Shown: piece after piece, positions 1-13,300 of the stretch
Position numbering within the stretch: position 1 is the stretch's first letter
Layout of the letters: every line of letters starts with the position of its first letter
Source of the DNA: Anthoceros angustus
Lineage: Eukaryota > Plantae > Anthocerotophyta
DNA: 64,000 nt
Direction: 5' to 3'
NCBI GenBank assembly: GCA_010909165.1
Contig: MU008189.1
Location: 496,001-560,000, forward strand
Notes under the pieces: generated by a model
What the model was told of the DNA's origin: nothing
Seen by the model: only the letters and a program-made list of their open reading frames with translations
Database searches by the model: none
Made by a program: the position numbers and the translations under genes

Positions 1-2070
1 GTGCCCCTCACCAAGCCCATGCCAGGAGCTTCAACGCGCCCACGCTCCGGATCGCCGAAGTAGATCGTCGTTTGCAAAGCTTCGCTACTGCGGGGATGGC
101 GGGATGAGATTCACCAGGACGCAGAACAACGCCAGGACTGCGATAGCAGCGTAGAGCAGAAAATCGGCACTTCCAAATGCGTTCAGCACGCGATCCGCAC
201 CCTCACCCATCTCATACTGGCCACCCCTGACAGCGCCACCCCACTGCAACGCACACAATCAGATGCTTGCTAAGGCAGGAAGAGATGCAGAATGCGGAGT
301 GGCTATGCACGGACTTCGGTTAACCGAGGGCCCCCGGATTCGCTCCTTGGATCACCATCGGGAGCCCTAAGGTCGGGAGATGGTGGTGCGGGAGCTGCAT
401 CCCCCTTGCTGTAGCTCAGCCAGGCTTCGTCCCAGTCCCTCTCCTCCCTGGAACGCCCTACGCCCCCATCGCCCCCTGCGCCAGGACAAGACAAGACAAG
501 ACATGATGAATCCGGCCATGACCTGGTGGACATCATGCACCGCCAATCAGCAAGCAACCACACTTCCACACCAGCCTCGTCCGATCTGCCGTCAGAGACG
601 CATCGCGGTCGCAGGCCGGAGCGACGCCGTTGCTGCATCCTGGTCTTCAGAACAAGGAATCCATTCCTTCCTGCCAAGACAGGCATCCATCACTTCCACG
701 GCCATGGTCCGCCATGGATGGCTACAAAGACAGGTGAATCCCAACCCACCCCGCAAGGTGTCTAGCTACCTGTTGCCAAGAAGCCAGGGTTGAGGGACTC
801 CGACACTGCCGGGAAGCAGGGGACAAGATGCATCCCTGTCAAGGATGGAGGCATTTGCACTTTGCAGGCACCAACGCAACGGTCTTCCCGGAAGTCGACA
901 GGTAGTTCGGAAGCAACACCTTCACACCCACCGGCTGACAGAGATGGTCACCCTACTGCCTTGTTAGACGATCGACATCTGTTCTACGCGATTTGTGGAT
1001 GTCCTTGCCTCTCTCTCTATGGGGTTCAGCACAGATATGAAGGGCTCGGGGACCATTTGGCAAATTGGCAGTGGTTCGCGAAAGCAAATCAAACGCCTGG
1101 ATTTGGCGGTGAGCGGGAGCTCCTTCAAGCTCTTGGGCAGCCACCATGACGGCATTTCTGCAACCGCAGCCGTATCTTCTGTGTCCCTGCTATATCCGGC
1201 CAGCACAGCTGCCAGATTCTCTCATCTCTACGATGTTTGCACTCATCGTCCTACACGGAGGAGCGTCTCGGCACCCACAGCCTCCAGCACTTGCATAGCA
1301 GGTGCAATCTGATAGCGGCCTCCAGAACTGCACACCTTGCATGAGCTGCTGTAGCTCCATGTGGAGTGGTGAATCCAGGCCCACCTCGCCGGCTATCAGA
1401 TAGTAAAGGATACAGGTATTAGCTTCCAGAATAAATCCTTCTTTTCTGGGATTGCGCAAGGGACGTGCTCTCCTTCCAAGAGATTTTGTTCTGGAAGGAC
1501 CCGGCCGACCTCCATGCGTCTGCGTGGCCAGATTTCAGTAAACAACGTTATTTGTACACAGGCAGCGGAGCTCGCTGGAAATCGAGAGGCAACTTCTTCG
1601 TCCTCTTCGTCCTGGCTCCGATCGGTGTGCTAAACATTTGAGGGTGGGGAAGTGGCCCTCCGTCAGTCTTGGGTTCCACAGACTCCATTTTTGTTAGTCT
1701 GACAGGTGACGTACAGATTGCACGTTGCCCAGGGAAATGTGCAGCTTGTCCTGGCGGCTCCGGAGTTCGTGGCTGGATAGCCATAGCCTTTGTGGGTTTT
1801 TGCGGTTGGGGGAATAAGAGGGAGTATTCTAGGATGAGAGTGGGAAGTTCTGTGGGGTCGCATTCTGCTGCATGATCTCGAGCTTCGGCAGGATTCTACA
1901 GGAGCGCAACAGGGCTAGGCCTTGTGGACATGCACACGGGTGTGCTTGTGCCAGATGCTATTGTTTGTGAATGAGCACTGGGGGTTATCCTGCACCCAAG
2001 ACGAGGGCAGGGGAAAGGGGACGGGAAAGGACAGTGGGTGCTCCTGCTCATCCACCATGAGAGGCCCAGA

Positions 2071-4102
2071 ATGAGGATGGTGGGACGCTGGGCAGCATTT
2101 GCTACAGTTCTGCCCATGCTGATCGTGCTTGTGTCGTGCAGAGCTGTGCCTGTGGAGAGGAGAACCTTGGACGCGCAGGATGGCTCTTCTGCTTGTCCCT
2201 TGAATTTCACGGCGTGGGCAGTGTTTCCTTGGATTGGAGAGCAAATCAAGAGCAGCTCTGTGGACAAGCAGTGCTCAGGGGTGAATGCCGGCTTGAACCT
2301 CGCTCTGTCTGTGCATGTTCGTGCCACCGGCACCTTTTTTGTGGCTCAAGATGATGGAGCTCTTTGCATCAATGACTTGGAGGTGAGTGGGTTTCTTCTC
2401 CAGACCACGTTGCGCTCGCAAGTGGTTGTTGTGATGGGGACGATTGTGAAGCTCAGCCCTGTGGTGTGTGATGCAGTCGGCGGTGCAGTCATATGGACCG
2501 TCTTCCACCTTGCTGCAGCAGTGTAACATCACTCTAGACCAGTTGTCCGACTCCTCCAGCCGCTGCGAGGGCAACCTGACAAGCAGTGACATACGAAGCC
2601 GGATTCCTCCTGATGAGTGGGCAACCATCAACGCCACTTGCGGGGTTTCTCTTGATGAACTTGCAACGTGCAGCCTCTGCACCACCAGCTTAGTGAACTT
2701 GTCGCAGAGGCTGAATGGAAATGGCTCCAGTGCGCAGTGCTTCGATGCCGTCAACATATGGGCAGCTGCGGTGGTAAACAGCCAAGGGCCCTTCGATCCT
2801 GACACTGCCAGATGCTTGTTCGCCATCGGTCAATGGAGTTCCAGCAAAGGACGAGTCCTCCGGAAGGTAACCATCGCGGCAGCGGCAGGGGGAACCCTGC
2901 TCATTGCCATCATTGTTGCAGGCGGGATATGGTACAGGTGCAGGAAGCGGAGGCTGGCCAAGGTGAAAGCACACAGCAAGCTTCTACAGGGGTTTGCCGA
3001 GTCCGCCTTGCATGCTCACAGCAGCGTGGTGTGGTATGACATGTCCGACATCAAGGCTGCTACCAGGAACTTCCACAGGGACACCATCATCGGCAGTGGT
3101 GGCTACGGCAATGTGTTCAAGGGCCAGCTGCCCGACGGCTCCGTCGTGGCACTGAAGAGATTCAAAAACTGCTCGCCGGCTGGGGACAAGGATTTCGCCC
3201 ACGAAGTCGAGGTTGTTGCCAGTGTCCGGCACCGGAACCTGGTAGGGCTGAGAGGCTGCTCCATCTTGAGCGGCCCTCTGGAGGGGCACCAGAGAATCAT
3301 CGTCTTGGAGTTTGTCCCCAACGGCACACTCCAGGATCACCTGTTCGGGAAGGAGTACCCGCCCTTGGACTGGCCGACCAGGAAGAAAATAGCCATCGGC
3401 ACTGCCAGGGGAGTGAGCTACCTCCACAACGATGTGAAGCCGGCTATCCTCCACAGGGACATCAAGTGCAGCAACATCCTGCTGGATGAGGACATGAATG
3501 CTAGGGTTGCAGATTTCGGGCTGGCCAAGTTCGCACCAGAGGGCATGACCCATCTCACTACCAGAGCAGGAGGCACTCCTGGGTACATTGCTCCCGAGTA
3601 CGCTCTGCTCGGACAGCTGACAGAGAAGAGTGATGTCTACAGCTTCGGCATCGTCCTGCTGGAGCTTCTCACAGGGGTGAAGGCTCTCAAGGCAGCCGTG
3701 AAGCAGGGAGACTCGCCTGTGCTCATCAGCGACTGGGCCTGGGACCACGCCAAGGCTGGCAGGGTAGAGGAAGTGTTGGACCCCAGAATGGAGAACCAAG
3801 AGCCTCCAGAGGTGATGGCCAGATTTATGTTCATCGCACTGCTCTGTTCTCACTACCAGGTGAACGCCAGACCTTCCATGGAGGAAGCTCTCAAGTGGCT
3901 AGAGAACGAACTTATCCTTCTTCCCCCCATTCCTGAGCGTGACATCCCGCTCACCTCGACTATCGATGAGATAGAGAGGTCCCTCGGCGGCTCAGAAAAC
4001 ATGTCCAGCAAAAGCGGTTTCCAGTCCTACAGCAGCTCCGGCACAAATTCAGAGATACCCTCGAAGACCTCCACATTTCGGACCACACCAGAGAGGGACT
4101 AA
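2071..4102 (+). CDS. RKF3: RKF3-like receptor-like Ser/Thr kinase with Cys-rich (SPARK-type) ectodomain; 2 exons (2071-2382, 2477-4102)
   Basis: Signal peptide (WAAFATVLPMLIVLVSC), Cys-rich ectodomain starting CPLNF, TM helix (TLLIAIIVAGGIW), kinase motifs GSGGYG, HRDIK, DFG, APE. RKF3-type segments RFKNCS..GD..FAHEVEV and EGHQRIIV. A phase-0 GT-AG intron (2383-2476) joins the two ORFs in frame. Confidence 0.9.
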
Positions 4103-4295
4103 AGAACTTCTGGGTAGTACAAGCTGGTATTGTACATGATATTATTATTTAAAAAGAAAACGTTCCTCCCTCCAACAATTTTCTCAGCTCCAACTGCACA
4201 CGTGCATCCTCCCTGCCCTTCCTGCTGGAACGTGTCTTCAGTCTTGGTACTCTTCTAAAAGTTCTAAATGCATCAAACCCAAAACTTGGCCCGCC

Positions 4296-5975
4296 TCAAT
4301 GGCCCAACTGTTCAATTATTCCAGGAAGTGATTGGGCTCCAACAAAGAGAGCATCCGCAAACAGGACCACGACAACCTGGGCACGCCCAAACATAGGACA
4401 ATGTGATGAGATCAGAAGCTAGTAAAGACAAAACAAAAAAAGGCCCCAAGTAAATACATGCAACAAACATACCAGTCGCCCAAAAAACATTGCTCTGTAT
4501 CCCCATCCTTCCTTAGCAGCCTGAGCACGCTGTTGATCCGTCCACCTGCGAGTGCCCAGCGTCCACACTTGTTATTGAGCCATCGCAGTGAAATGACCGT
4601 CAAAGAAACTGTGCTGCGTGATAGAGTACGTACCCCAGGAACTCTGAGATACCACCGATTCCAGCAAACTTAAATGGCTGCGAACCTTCCCTTTCCAAAT
4701 CCTGCGTGCAAAGAAGACTGCTTCATGAGCCCATCCGGGACCAGTCGGTGTCCTAGGGGAGTCATTCAGGATAGGCAAGCCACGAAACATACCCCTTCCT
4801 CTGCAGCCTCAAGGCCCCCGCTGATCCAAAACAGATTCCTGTACCCCACTTTGTACATTTGTTCACATGCTGCGAGTGACCTGTCACGGGAACCCGTCAG
4901 ATGGAAGAGCAAGCCTCCAAGACGACTTGACCTGCACAGTGAGAGTAGGCAAGGCGACACTCGACCAGGAGGGAGAAGAATACCTCAAACCTCGTTGGCA
5001 GGTCACAACCACATTCGCACTCTTTGGGATTCTAGCGACCACGTCGGGCATAAACCGTCTGCGCCCAGCAACAAAACAGCATTGTTACAGCGAACTGTGA
5101 GGCGAGATGAGAAACAAAAATGAGTTAGGACATCGGGAGGATGGAGAGGCTCACTCGTTATATTTGGTCACAGGGTCACCGCTCCACCATCCACCTGCAA
5201 CAGCAACAGCCACAGGCAGATGAATGATCGGAAAGTGAGTTCCAGCTTCTCTTCTGAGTCTGGAGAAGAGAAGGAGAATTAGCAAGGGATGAGATGGGAC
5301 ATACCCATGGTGAAGCTCGTCAGCTTCTTCAGCAAGGAGCCAGGGTCTATGGCTTTGTCAACATCATACATGGGAATCCACACCGAATTCTTAACTGCTG
5401 CCTGGACATCAGAGAAAGCCCTGTCAGTACTGGAACATGAGATCCGGCGAGAGCAATGCGGAAGCCAAAGTTGTGACCCCTGCTCCCACCCACCTTATCC
5501 CGCTCGTACGATGGCCGAACGTCCAGCAAAGTGTAGTCCGTCAGCTGCAGTGCATAGCCGGCTTCTTTGGGCGACATGGACTTCACCCTCCCCTCTTGCA
5601 CCTGCACCGCACCACACGGGCATTCAGACTTGGCCCCTGCTGCGGGCAGCACGCCAGGCCTCCTGCCCACAACCAATGCACTGCCATTCCATCCCATTCC
5701 CGGTGCTAGCAAGCCGGGCAATGCAGAATCACCTGCCTCGCCCACCGCTTCTCGGCTGCCATCATCTCCTTCATCTGCTCCGCCAAGTCCGCGCGCACCG
5801 CAAGCTGGCGAGCAGGAACCCGCTGCCGCCTCGCCCCATGGCTACCGCCGGCAGGCAACTGCAAAGGCCTCTGAGGCGCCCAGAGCGCAGAGGCGCCGGA
5901 CTGGAGAGCCCCCGTCCTGCTCCCCACCAGCAACTGCACCGACAGCCCGGGGCTGGCAACGCCCAGGCCCGCCAT
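4296..5975 (-). CDS. STR11: Chloroplast rhodanese-like domain protein (STR11 type), multi-exon
   Basis: Exon peptides QMKEMMAAEKRW, EGRVKSMSPKEAGYALQLTDYTLLDVRPSYERDK, RSLAACEQMYKVGYRNLFWISGGLEAAEE and final ADALFVGAQSLPGIIEQLGH* match plant STR11 as I recall it. Transit-peptide-like N-terminus from ATG 5975; stop at 4296-4298. Confidence 0.88.
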
Positions 5976-8199
5976 TGCTTCCGCGCACCGTCACGACCGA
6001 ATTCAGGAGCCCTGCGCGGCCCGACCCACCAGGCTCAACCTCAACCTCAACCTTGGTCTCCGCCAAGCCCTCAGACACATTCCAGCTGCGGAAATGGCGG
6101 CGGGCTCAGCGTGGGGTCTCGCCCAAATCCGTGGCACGCACGCAACAAACGCACAAACCCACAAACCCACAAACCCACAAGTCCACGACATTCCACCCCG
6201 CTGCGCACGTACCTGCCGAGGAGATGGTGACAGCATCGATACCCCTGTCCTGCTGCTCGCAACCGGCCGGGCTTGGCTGCCTTCCGGGCTACCGACTCTC
6301 AGCAGCATGCTGCCTCGCCTCTCTCGAGGCTCGATCCGGATTTTGTTGCAGAGCGTGAAGTATATCCTCAGTGCGGATGTCTGGAGTATGTAGTCTTATC
6401 TCGCACCGGTAAAAAGGTACTTAGAGGAAGTGGGTCCTTCCGGGGAGGTAATCCCTTCCATGGCAGGAGGAAAAGTGAAGCGAGCTGAGCACCGAATAAT
6501 GTGATCATCCTGCGCGGACTGCTGGAGTTGTCGCGAGCCATCTCCGAGAGGCTTTCCTGCGTGCGGTATTTTGGTGGCAGGAGCCTTGAGAATTGGGGTG
6601 CCGGGGAGGCGAGATGTGGATTCCCACATCTCCTGGACGGGAGGGCCGAGACCTGGCCGTCCAGCATCATTTCACCCCTGCACAAGGATGACCTGAACCA
6701 AGCACCCCCGTCGTGCAAACGGATTTCTCATGGAAGGCGGCAAGCGCAGAAATGACACACAGACTCAATCAGACCAGCACGCCCAACATAGCAGTTCAAT
6801 ATGTAGTTCGGAATTGGAAGTTGAGAGGGAAAGAAGAAGTTGAGATAAGGTGCGGAAATAAACAAAGCTCCTTCATTGATCGCAACATAAAGCATTTATA
6901 ATATCCACAACCTCCAGGCAATCGAGGTACATAGTTGACCGGCCAGTCTGAAATATATTTGTACAAGATAGACTGCTTTGTCAGGACCAAATAGGACCAA
7001 ATGGGGTTGTTGGCAAAGACACCGGATTTATGGAATTTATATCACCTTTAAGAACTCTTGCAAACCAATCCGTTTTCCGTCGGTTAGTGTGTTGTCCTAA
7101 ATACTTAATAAATAATTATTAAATTAATAAGTTAACCAAGTTATTAAATTAAAATAACTCATGAAGTTAAGTGAGTAATCAGGTTAAGATATGACACTGG
7201 CATCTCGATGAAAGATGGACTTATCCGTGAATAGCTGGAATTTTGTCAAACAAGCCAGAACACACAATAAGCACGTATGTTCGCGGAACGGGGGACTAGA
7301 GAGGTTGGCAATTTAGGTAGTTTCTACTCTCCGAATATTGTTTATCCATTCTAAGCATCCCATTGAAGAACTAAACAAAGTTTTAATGCTTTCAAGTTAA
7401 CTTGGATTTTGAGCTTGGAAGTTTGACGTTTGCATCCTTTATTTCCTAAGTGATTGCATAATCGCCTAACTTTCAAAATTGGACTATTAGTAACTTGATA
7501 ACCATGGAGTGTGTTGAAAGTGAGTATGCCTGATTCTATCTCGCTAGATATCACTCTCTTAGCTGGTAGTAAGGTATAAGCTCTACCTACTTGGGCATGT
7601 AAACACCTCATGTTGGCTAACTGTGCATTTATGACTTTGGGCCTTGTTCTTCTTTTTGTAATGAATGGTACTAAGCTACAAGTGGAGGTTCTGGTAGAAG
7701 TGCACATATTTTTAGGGTGATTTAGTTCCTTGGAGGCTGCCATTGATAGAAATTGCTACCCAATAGGATTATGTCACTTGTAACCCTGTGGTTGGATAGA
7801 ATGTGTTGCCTAATGAAATCTCTTCCCCCCTAAACTTTACTCTCTCGGCCTCCACCTTTGGTCATTGTTGTTACCTCAATTCCTCTTGACCTTTACTTGC
7901 GTTATCACCTGTTGAGCACCTTGGTTACTTTGTTTCCTTGCTTCCCCCAAGCTAACCATAGCTACTAAGGTTGAACTTCTTTTTACCCTATGCTCATGAG
8001 TGTTTAGTGCGTGTGCAATGGATCCCATCTCACCAATGTTCCAGAAACGAGCACGACAATCCCCTTTTCATGGCTAAGAAAGAGAAGGGGGAGGGGATAT
8101 TCACCAACACCACCAATGTACATCTAAGAAGCTAGACCGAGGTCTGGTCTTCCAGGTCTTCCAGGTCTAGTCTTCTGAACCTAAGTTGTGCATGTTGTT

Positions 8200-9490
8200 C
8201 GACATAGCTACAAAAATTGCCTCAACGGATGTTATGTGCCTTCTCCACGACATTTGATTCTCTTTTTGAAACGGGACTGATAGGATGGCACTAACTCACC
8301 ATTTGATGCTCCTTTCCTCATCCTCATGAAGGCCTTTGTGTTGCTAGCCGCGTTTCGACAAGTACCTTACACGTGAATAGACATGTCATTTGGTGTGCTT
8401 GCAACTACAAGTGTTGTGATGGCTTGTTGTAGTTGCAATAGTTTTGTTTAGCTCTAGTGTGCTACTGGATATACTTGGTCTATTCTCGTTTTTGTGCCTC
8501 GTAGCGACGGGACCCTAGGTTTGTCAAAGTTTAAAGGCCTCAAAATGACTTGTTCATGGAGCATGCATGCGATTTGGTGGCCATTAGGTGGTCTTGGATT
8601 GAAATGCGACTGTTGATATAGTTCTCCACCTTATGAGAAAAATGCAATGGAGTGCTTACTGCTGGCTGGAAGCCAAAGACTTCATCTTTTGCTACACTGA
8701 CCGGTTCCTGGTGCTGGTTGTGTTGCTACACTTACCACATTTATGTTGGATGCTCTGATGTGTGTGATTTGTGGAGTCAACAGATGTTGATACATTGGCG
8801 TCATGGACATGGACCGGCGTCGAGATGAACGAGAACCCCGATGATTGCCGGAATGTTGGGCGAATGATAGTGGTGCATTGGCAACAACCTGACATGACTC
8901 ACGAAGCATTCTGAACAAGATGTGCCGTAGTCGTGTTGCAAGTCTCAAGCTAGGGGTCGGTGCGGGATGGAAAGGCTGCTATGTGCGCGAACTGCTATGG
9001 CTGGAATCATGTACCTGATGTGTAGAAGGACTGCCGCGTTTTGGCCGTAGATCGACTTGCATTGAATGTTGTGCAAGAAGTAAATGTGTTGTAGACGAGT
9101 CAAATGTCGACTGGTGTTGCTTTGCTTCAAAGGTGTTGACTCTGCAGGTGGGTCCGAGATGGTTGAGACTGGTGGACTACATCATCGTGAGAAGCTGTGG
9201 GTATGATGGACCAGGTGTCGGCTTTGCTTGGTGGGATTAAGTTCGCGACGCCTCCTGTTAGTTGACATTGTGTTTGATAGCGTGGTAGGCCTTTTCTGGT
9301 TGCAAGTTTTGCTTGGTGTGCTACTACGGCTGGTGGATGCTAGGTATGCAAGCTGGGCGGATCAAGATGGGGTGGTCAATCTGAAACATGACCAGGATGC
9401 CCTGTGTGACTGCCAGTATCGTCACTGCCTCTGGGGATCCGGTGATGCTATGTATTTTCTATCATTGAGCGTGCGTTTGTGATCTGGACC
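8200..9490 (-). pseudogene. Decayed low-complexity (S/T/P/Q/R-rich) reading frame, unknown origin
   Basis: Long stop-interrupted frame including ORFs 8682-8948 and 8945-9130, preceded by an acceptor-like TTTTTGTGCAG near 9490. No recognisable domain. Confidence 0.25.
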
Positions 9491-10083
9491 TGCACAAAAA
9501 ACATGGTATTCGAATGAAGTCATGTGTGCAAGACCATCTATACAAGGCTATAGGGAGCAATAACCTTTGTGGATACAACCATTGTAGAACAATCTTGGAT
9601 GGTCAGAACTCAAATACATAAACCAGCTCCAAAAAAGTCCAAAAAAAAAACAGAATTCATAATGAGAAAGTCTCATGTGGATTATGTCCAACACTTAAGG
9701 GTTAATCAAAGGCTCTTTATGTGATGGCACTTTGATTTTAGTGTCCAACATGAATGAGATTTTAGTGTCCAACACTCGCAACTTGGACACGAAATTCGAC
9801 AACAGGGAACACAGGACTCTCTGAAGAGTGCAAAACGGTAAAAAGTGCTCCCAACCACTGCTGTCTTAAACTCCACGGCGCGAACGGTAGAGAGAGAGTA
9901 TTTGAAGTGCGTGGACGGTTCTAGTGAAGGACCTTTGGGTGGGCCATATGGATGTTTGGGCGCGCATTTGAGAAGCGGTTGTAGCATGAGGCAGGAATTG
10001 GAGGGCCGTGTGCCGGCCGGTGTCGAAAGGGGGGTGAAAATGGGTGAATGCTGGCTAGGTCATGGCGGGAGGGGATCTGCTTA

Positions 10084-10128
10084 GCTGGCTGGCTGGCTGG
10101 CTGGCGGGCTGGCGGGCTGGCGGGCTGG
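10084..10128. repeat. (GCTG)n / (GGCTGGCG)n microsatellite upstream of the RING gene
   Basis: gctggctggctggctggctggcgggctggcgggctggcgggctgg read directly. Confidence 0.9.
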
Positions 10129-10300
10129 ATGCCGCTGCGGCACTGGCGATGGCCTGGTGCAGCAGAAGATGCGTAATTTGAGAGAGGCGGGGGAACGCAA
10201 ATAGCATTGTGGTGACAGTGTGATCAGAGGAAGGTCAGGTGGGAAAGGAACCGAGGGAGCAACAGGGATCAGGACTGGAAGTTTTGGATGTGTTGATTCG

Positions 10301-13300
10301 ATGAGAAAAGATCTTGCCCTTCATGTGTGTGGGAAACGAGGGGCTCGGCACCAGGGCGGATGTGTGGGATGTCTGATGGTGCTGTCGGACTGCGCCAGCC
10401 CTGGGCCGAGCGGGGAGGAGGGCTGCGAGGTGGGGTCCGTGAGGTACTGCCGGGACGTGCTGGGTTTGAGCAATGACGGCTTCGACCCCAGGGCTAAGGA
10501 AATCGAGAGGCTGGTGCCGCGGGAGGAGGTGGTGCGGGTGTTCGGGGGCCGGCCTGGGGCCAGGAAGGGCCTCCGGGCTGAGAATTGCGTGGACAGCCAT
10601 GGCAATCCCGACCACCAGCTCATGGAGTTCGTCCGGGATATGCAGAAGAAGGTGTACAGGTCGTGCAAGTCCAAGGACATCAGCCTGGCCTTCGCCCGCG
10701 GCATTCTTGCCGATAGGAAGGGGGCTCGAATTGACTGGGCCACCTTCGCCCACAAGACGCAGGCCAAGCAGCGCAAGATGTCGGCCAGCTGGGCTGAGCG
10801 GCACCCCGGGGAGGTGGTGTCCGGGCGGGACGTGAGCGGGCGGGAGGCCGGAAGGGAGGTCACCAGCGGCCGCTCCCGGGAGGAGGAAGTGAGCAGCTGC
10901 GGTAAGGGGCTGCGGGCTCCCGGGGCCACTGTGGAGGAAGAGATGGGGTGGCAGCAGAGTGGGGATGGCGGTGGAGGAGGAGGAGGAGAGGGAGCGGAGA
11001 AGGCGCAGGTGGGGGATGAGGATATCTGGGACAACAACAGGATCGAGGAGATTGAGGAGCAACTGCGGAGAGTGGATATGCAGAGGCGGCAGTGGCACGA
11101 GGAGTATGTGAAGGTGCTGCAGGCGTCGTTGCAGGGGCTGAAGGATGAGAGGCGGGTGGCGGAGGTGGAGATTCATGACATCACCATGAAGCTGAAGGAC
11201 GGGCGGGGGAAGCTGGTGGAGACTCAGCGGAGGATTGAGTCTGTGAAGGAGAGCTTGGAGCAGAATATTGGGGACCGGACTTTGCATGAGCAGAGGTTGC
11301 AGGTTTTGGTGATGGATAAGAGGAGGCTGGGGACCAAGGGGGGTGGTGTGAAGGCGCAGGACTTGAATGAGCTGACGGCGGAGAAGGATCTGGTGCAGGA
11401 GCTGCTGCAGGGGTGCTACGAGCAGAGTGGGATTCTGGAGCAGCTCATGTCCCGGCATGTGCAGATGGAGCTGGTGTTGACGCAAAGGGTGGGGGAGCTG
11501 GACAGGCATCTGGCTGAGGTGATGGTGGATTTTCAGGAGAAGGATGCCCGGGTGGAGAAGGCTTCGAAGAAGCTGCAGGAAGCTGGGCAGATGATGCTGC
11601 ATTTGCAGACGGTGTATAACCTGGTTAAACAGTCGGATAATCTGGTTGTGGTGCCCAGGTGTATTCCGCAGCCGAGGGAGTATCCGCGGGAGCTGGACCC
11701 GCCGGAGACTGTGACTATCAGACCGTGCCCCATGTGTTCCAGGTGGTTTTATTGTGGGGATTGGGTTGGTGCTTCTTGCGGTTGTGTGTACCATCTGCAC
11801 TGTGCTGCTATGTGGTTCAAGCAGTCCAATAAGTGCTGTAAGATTGGCTGTGGGAAGAATATGCACCCTGACTGGCTAACTACCTGGGGCAAGCAGTGGG
11901 ATGACGAGGCGTTGCTGACCAATCTGGCGAAGAATTTGGATGAGTGGCGGAATAGGTGGAAGGATGATTACAAATGTCAGGGGACGAAGAGATGCCGGAC
12001 GGACGGGTTTCCCTCTTATGACATTGACCTTGAGCATGGTGGAAGCTTTGAGGGTGGTCGATCAGGGCTTGACACCACTGAAGAACTCATACACGTGCTG
12101 GATTCTAAGAGGATGCGTTTGAGCGAAGATTCCTCGATGGCCTGCAATCAATGTGAGCTGAGGCCTTTGCCTCCCGTACTCATTTCTGTGGACCTTTGGT
12201 GTCAAGTCCGAAACCCTAGTTTAGGATCTCTTGAACTTTGTGGGTCGCTCTTTATGATTGAAGTAGTGGGCATGGCTTGGTCAGTTTTGCAACTCGTGCG
12301 TGGTCTTGGAACCTTGTTTTCTTTGTCGTGCTCTGGTCCTCTTGTTTGGTTTGCAGAACAGAGAATGGTGTCGAGAAGCTGAAATGTTTGTAGTCCTTGT
12401 GTTCCCTTTCACAGGTATGCAAGACTTTATAGTGCATGACGTGCCTAAGTTGGTTGGGAGCCAGCAGACGATGGACCATGATGTGCATGAGAATGGACTA
12501 AAACTTGGTGAGTCAACTCACCATCTGTTGGATACAACAGAAGAAGTAGCCAACAGTCTTCAGTTAGACGGATCCACTCAGCTTGTATTAGGAAACATTG
12601 GAGATGCTAGGGATGGTGGCAAACAACGGGCAGAGATGGAATTTGCTTGTGAGAGACGAGGACATCAAGACGACAAGGATGAAGGTGGGGAAACTGCTGA
12701 CTATGTGGCAGCCATGGAGTGTGCCTGTGGCGACAATAGTGACTTAGGGGTAGCAGTGGATCACGGAGAGATGGATGTTATTCATGAAGAAGAAGCGATA
12801 CAGAACTTTACAGCAGATTTAGGGTTGGGTGATGGAAGAATCAGGGACGCTGGTGGACCACTCGGAGCAGCAGATACTCTGATATCAAAGGGCAACTGTC
12901 ATGAGGTTCCACAATCTGAAGGTGTTGTCAAGGCGCTGGACATAGCTCAACACACGTTAGCAAGAAGTGAAGAGGGAGTGCTACAAAAGCATGTTAAGCA
13001 GATGGCGGCCTCTCAACAAATTTTGGGACAAGGGGTTGAAGTTGCAGCTGCTGGTGGGCCTCCAGCAGGAGCACAGTTGGAAGAAGGCAATGGAAGTGAT
13101 TCCAATGTAGCATTTTCAAAGGGCATAAAGAAGGGCTCTGAGCCAGCAAGCGAACTGGATGATAGGGCACTCACCCTACATTGTTGTACAGTAGAAGCAC
13201 CTTTTCAAGGTATCAAGTACTACAGGAAGGCTGGACCGGCAAGGCAGAGAGCATTGAAATCAGTGGGGGGGACAGTTGAATCTGTGATATCTGAGGGCAA

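Noticed and set aside
300-1460. Short ORFs and a CIPVKDGG peptide resembling an L1 post-RT motif
   Set aside because: A single weak motif with no supporting RT or endonuclease sequence; cannot be called.
2984-3853. 289-aa minus-strand ORF
   Set aside because: Antisense shadow of the GC-rich kinase exon.
5289-6358. Plus-strand ORFs of 313 and 263 aa
   Set aside because: Antisense to STR11 exons and its GC-rich leader; low complexity, no domains.
7275-7300. GTTC-GCG-GAAC hairpin followed by CTAG (Helitron-like end)
   Set aside because: Only a 4-5 bp stem, followed by A rather than T, and no defined 5' end.
7351-7743. 130-aa ORF in AT-rich DNA
   Set aside because: No recognisable motif; likely a decayed TE remnant or chance.
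10235-11866. 543-aa His/Leu/Pro-rich minus-strand ORF
   Set aside because: Mirror of the G-rich codons of the RING gene.
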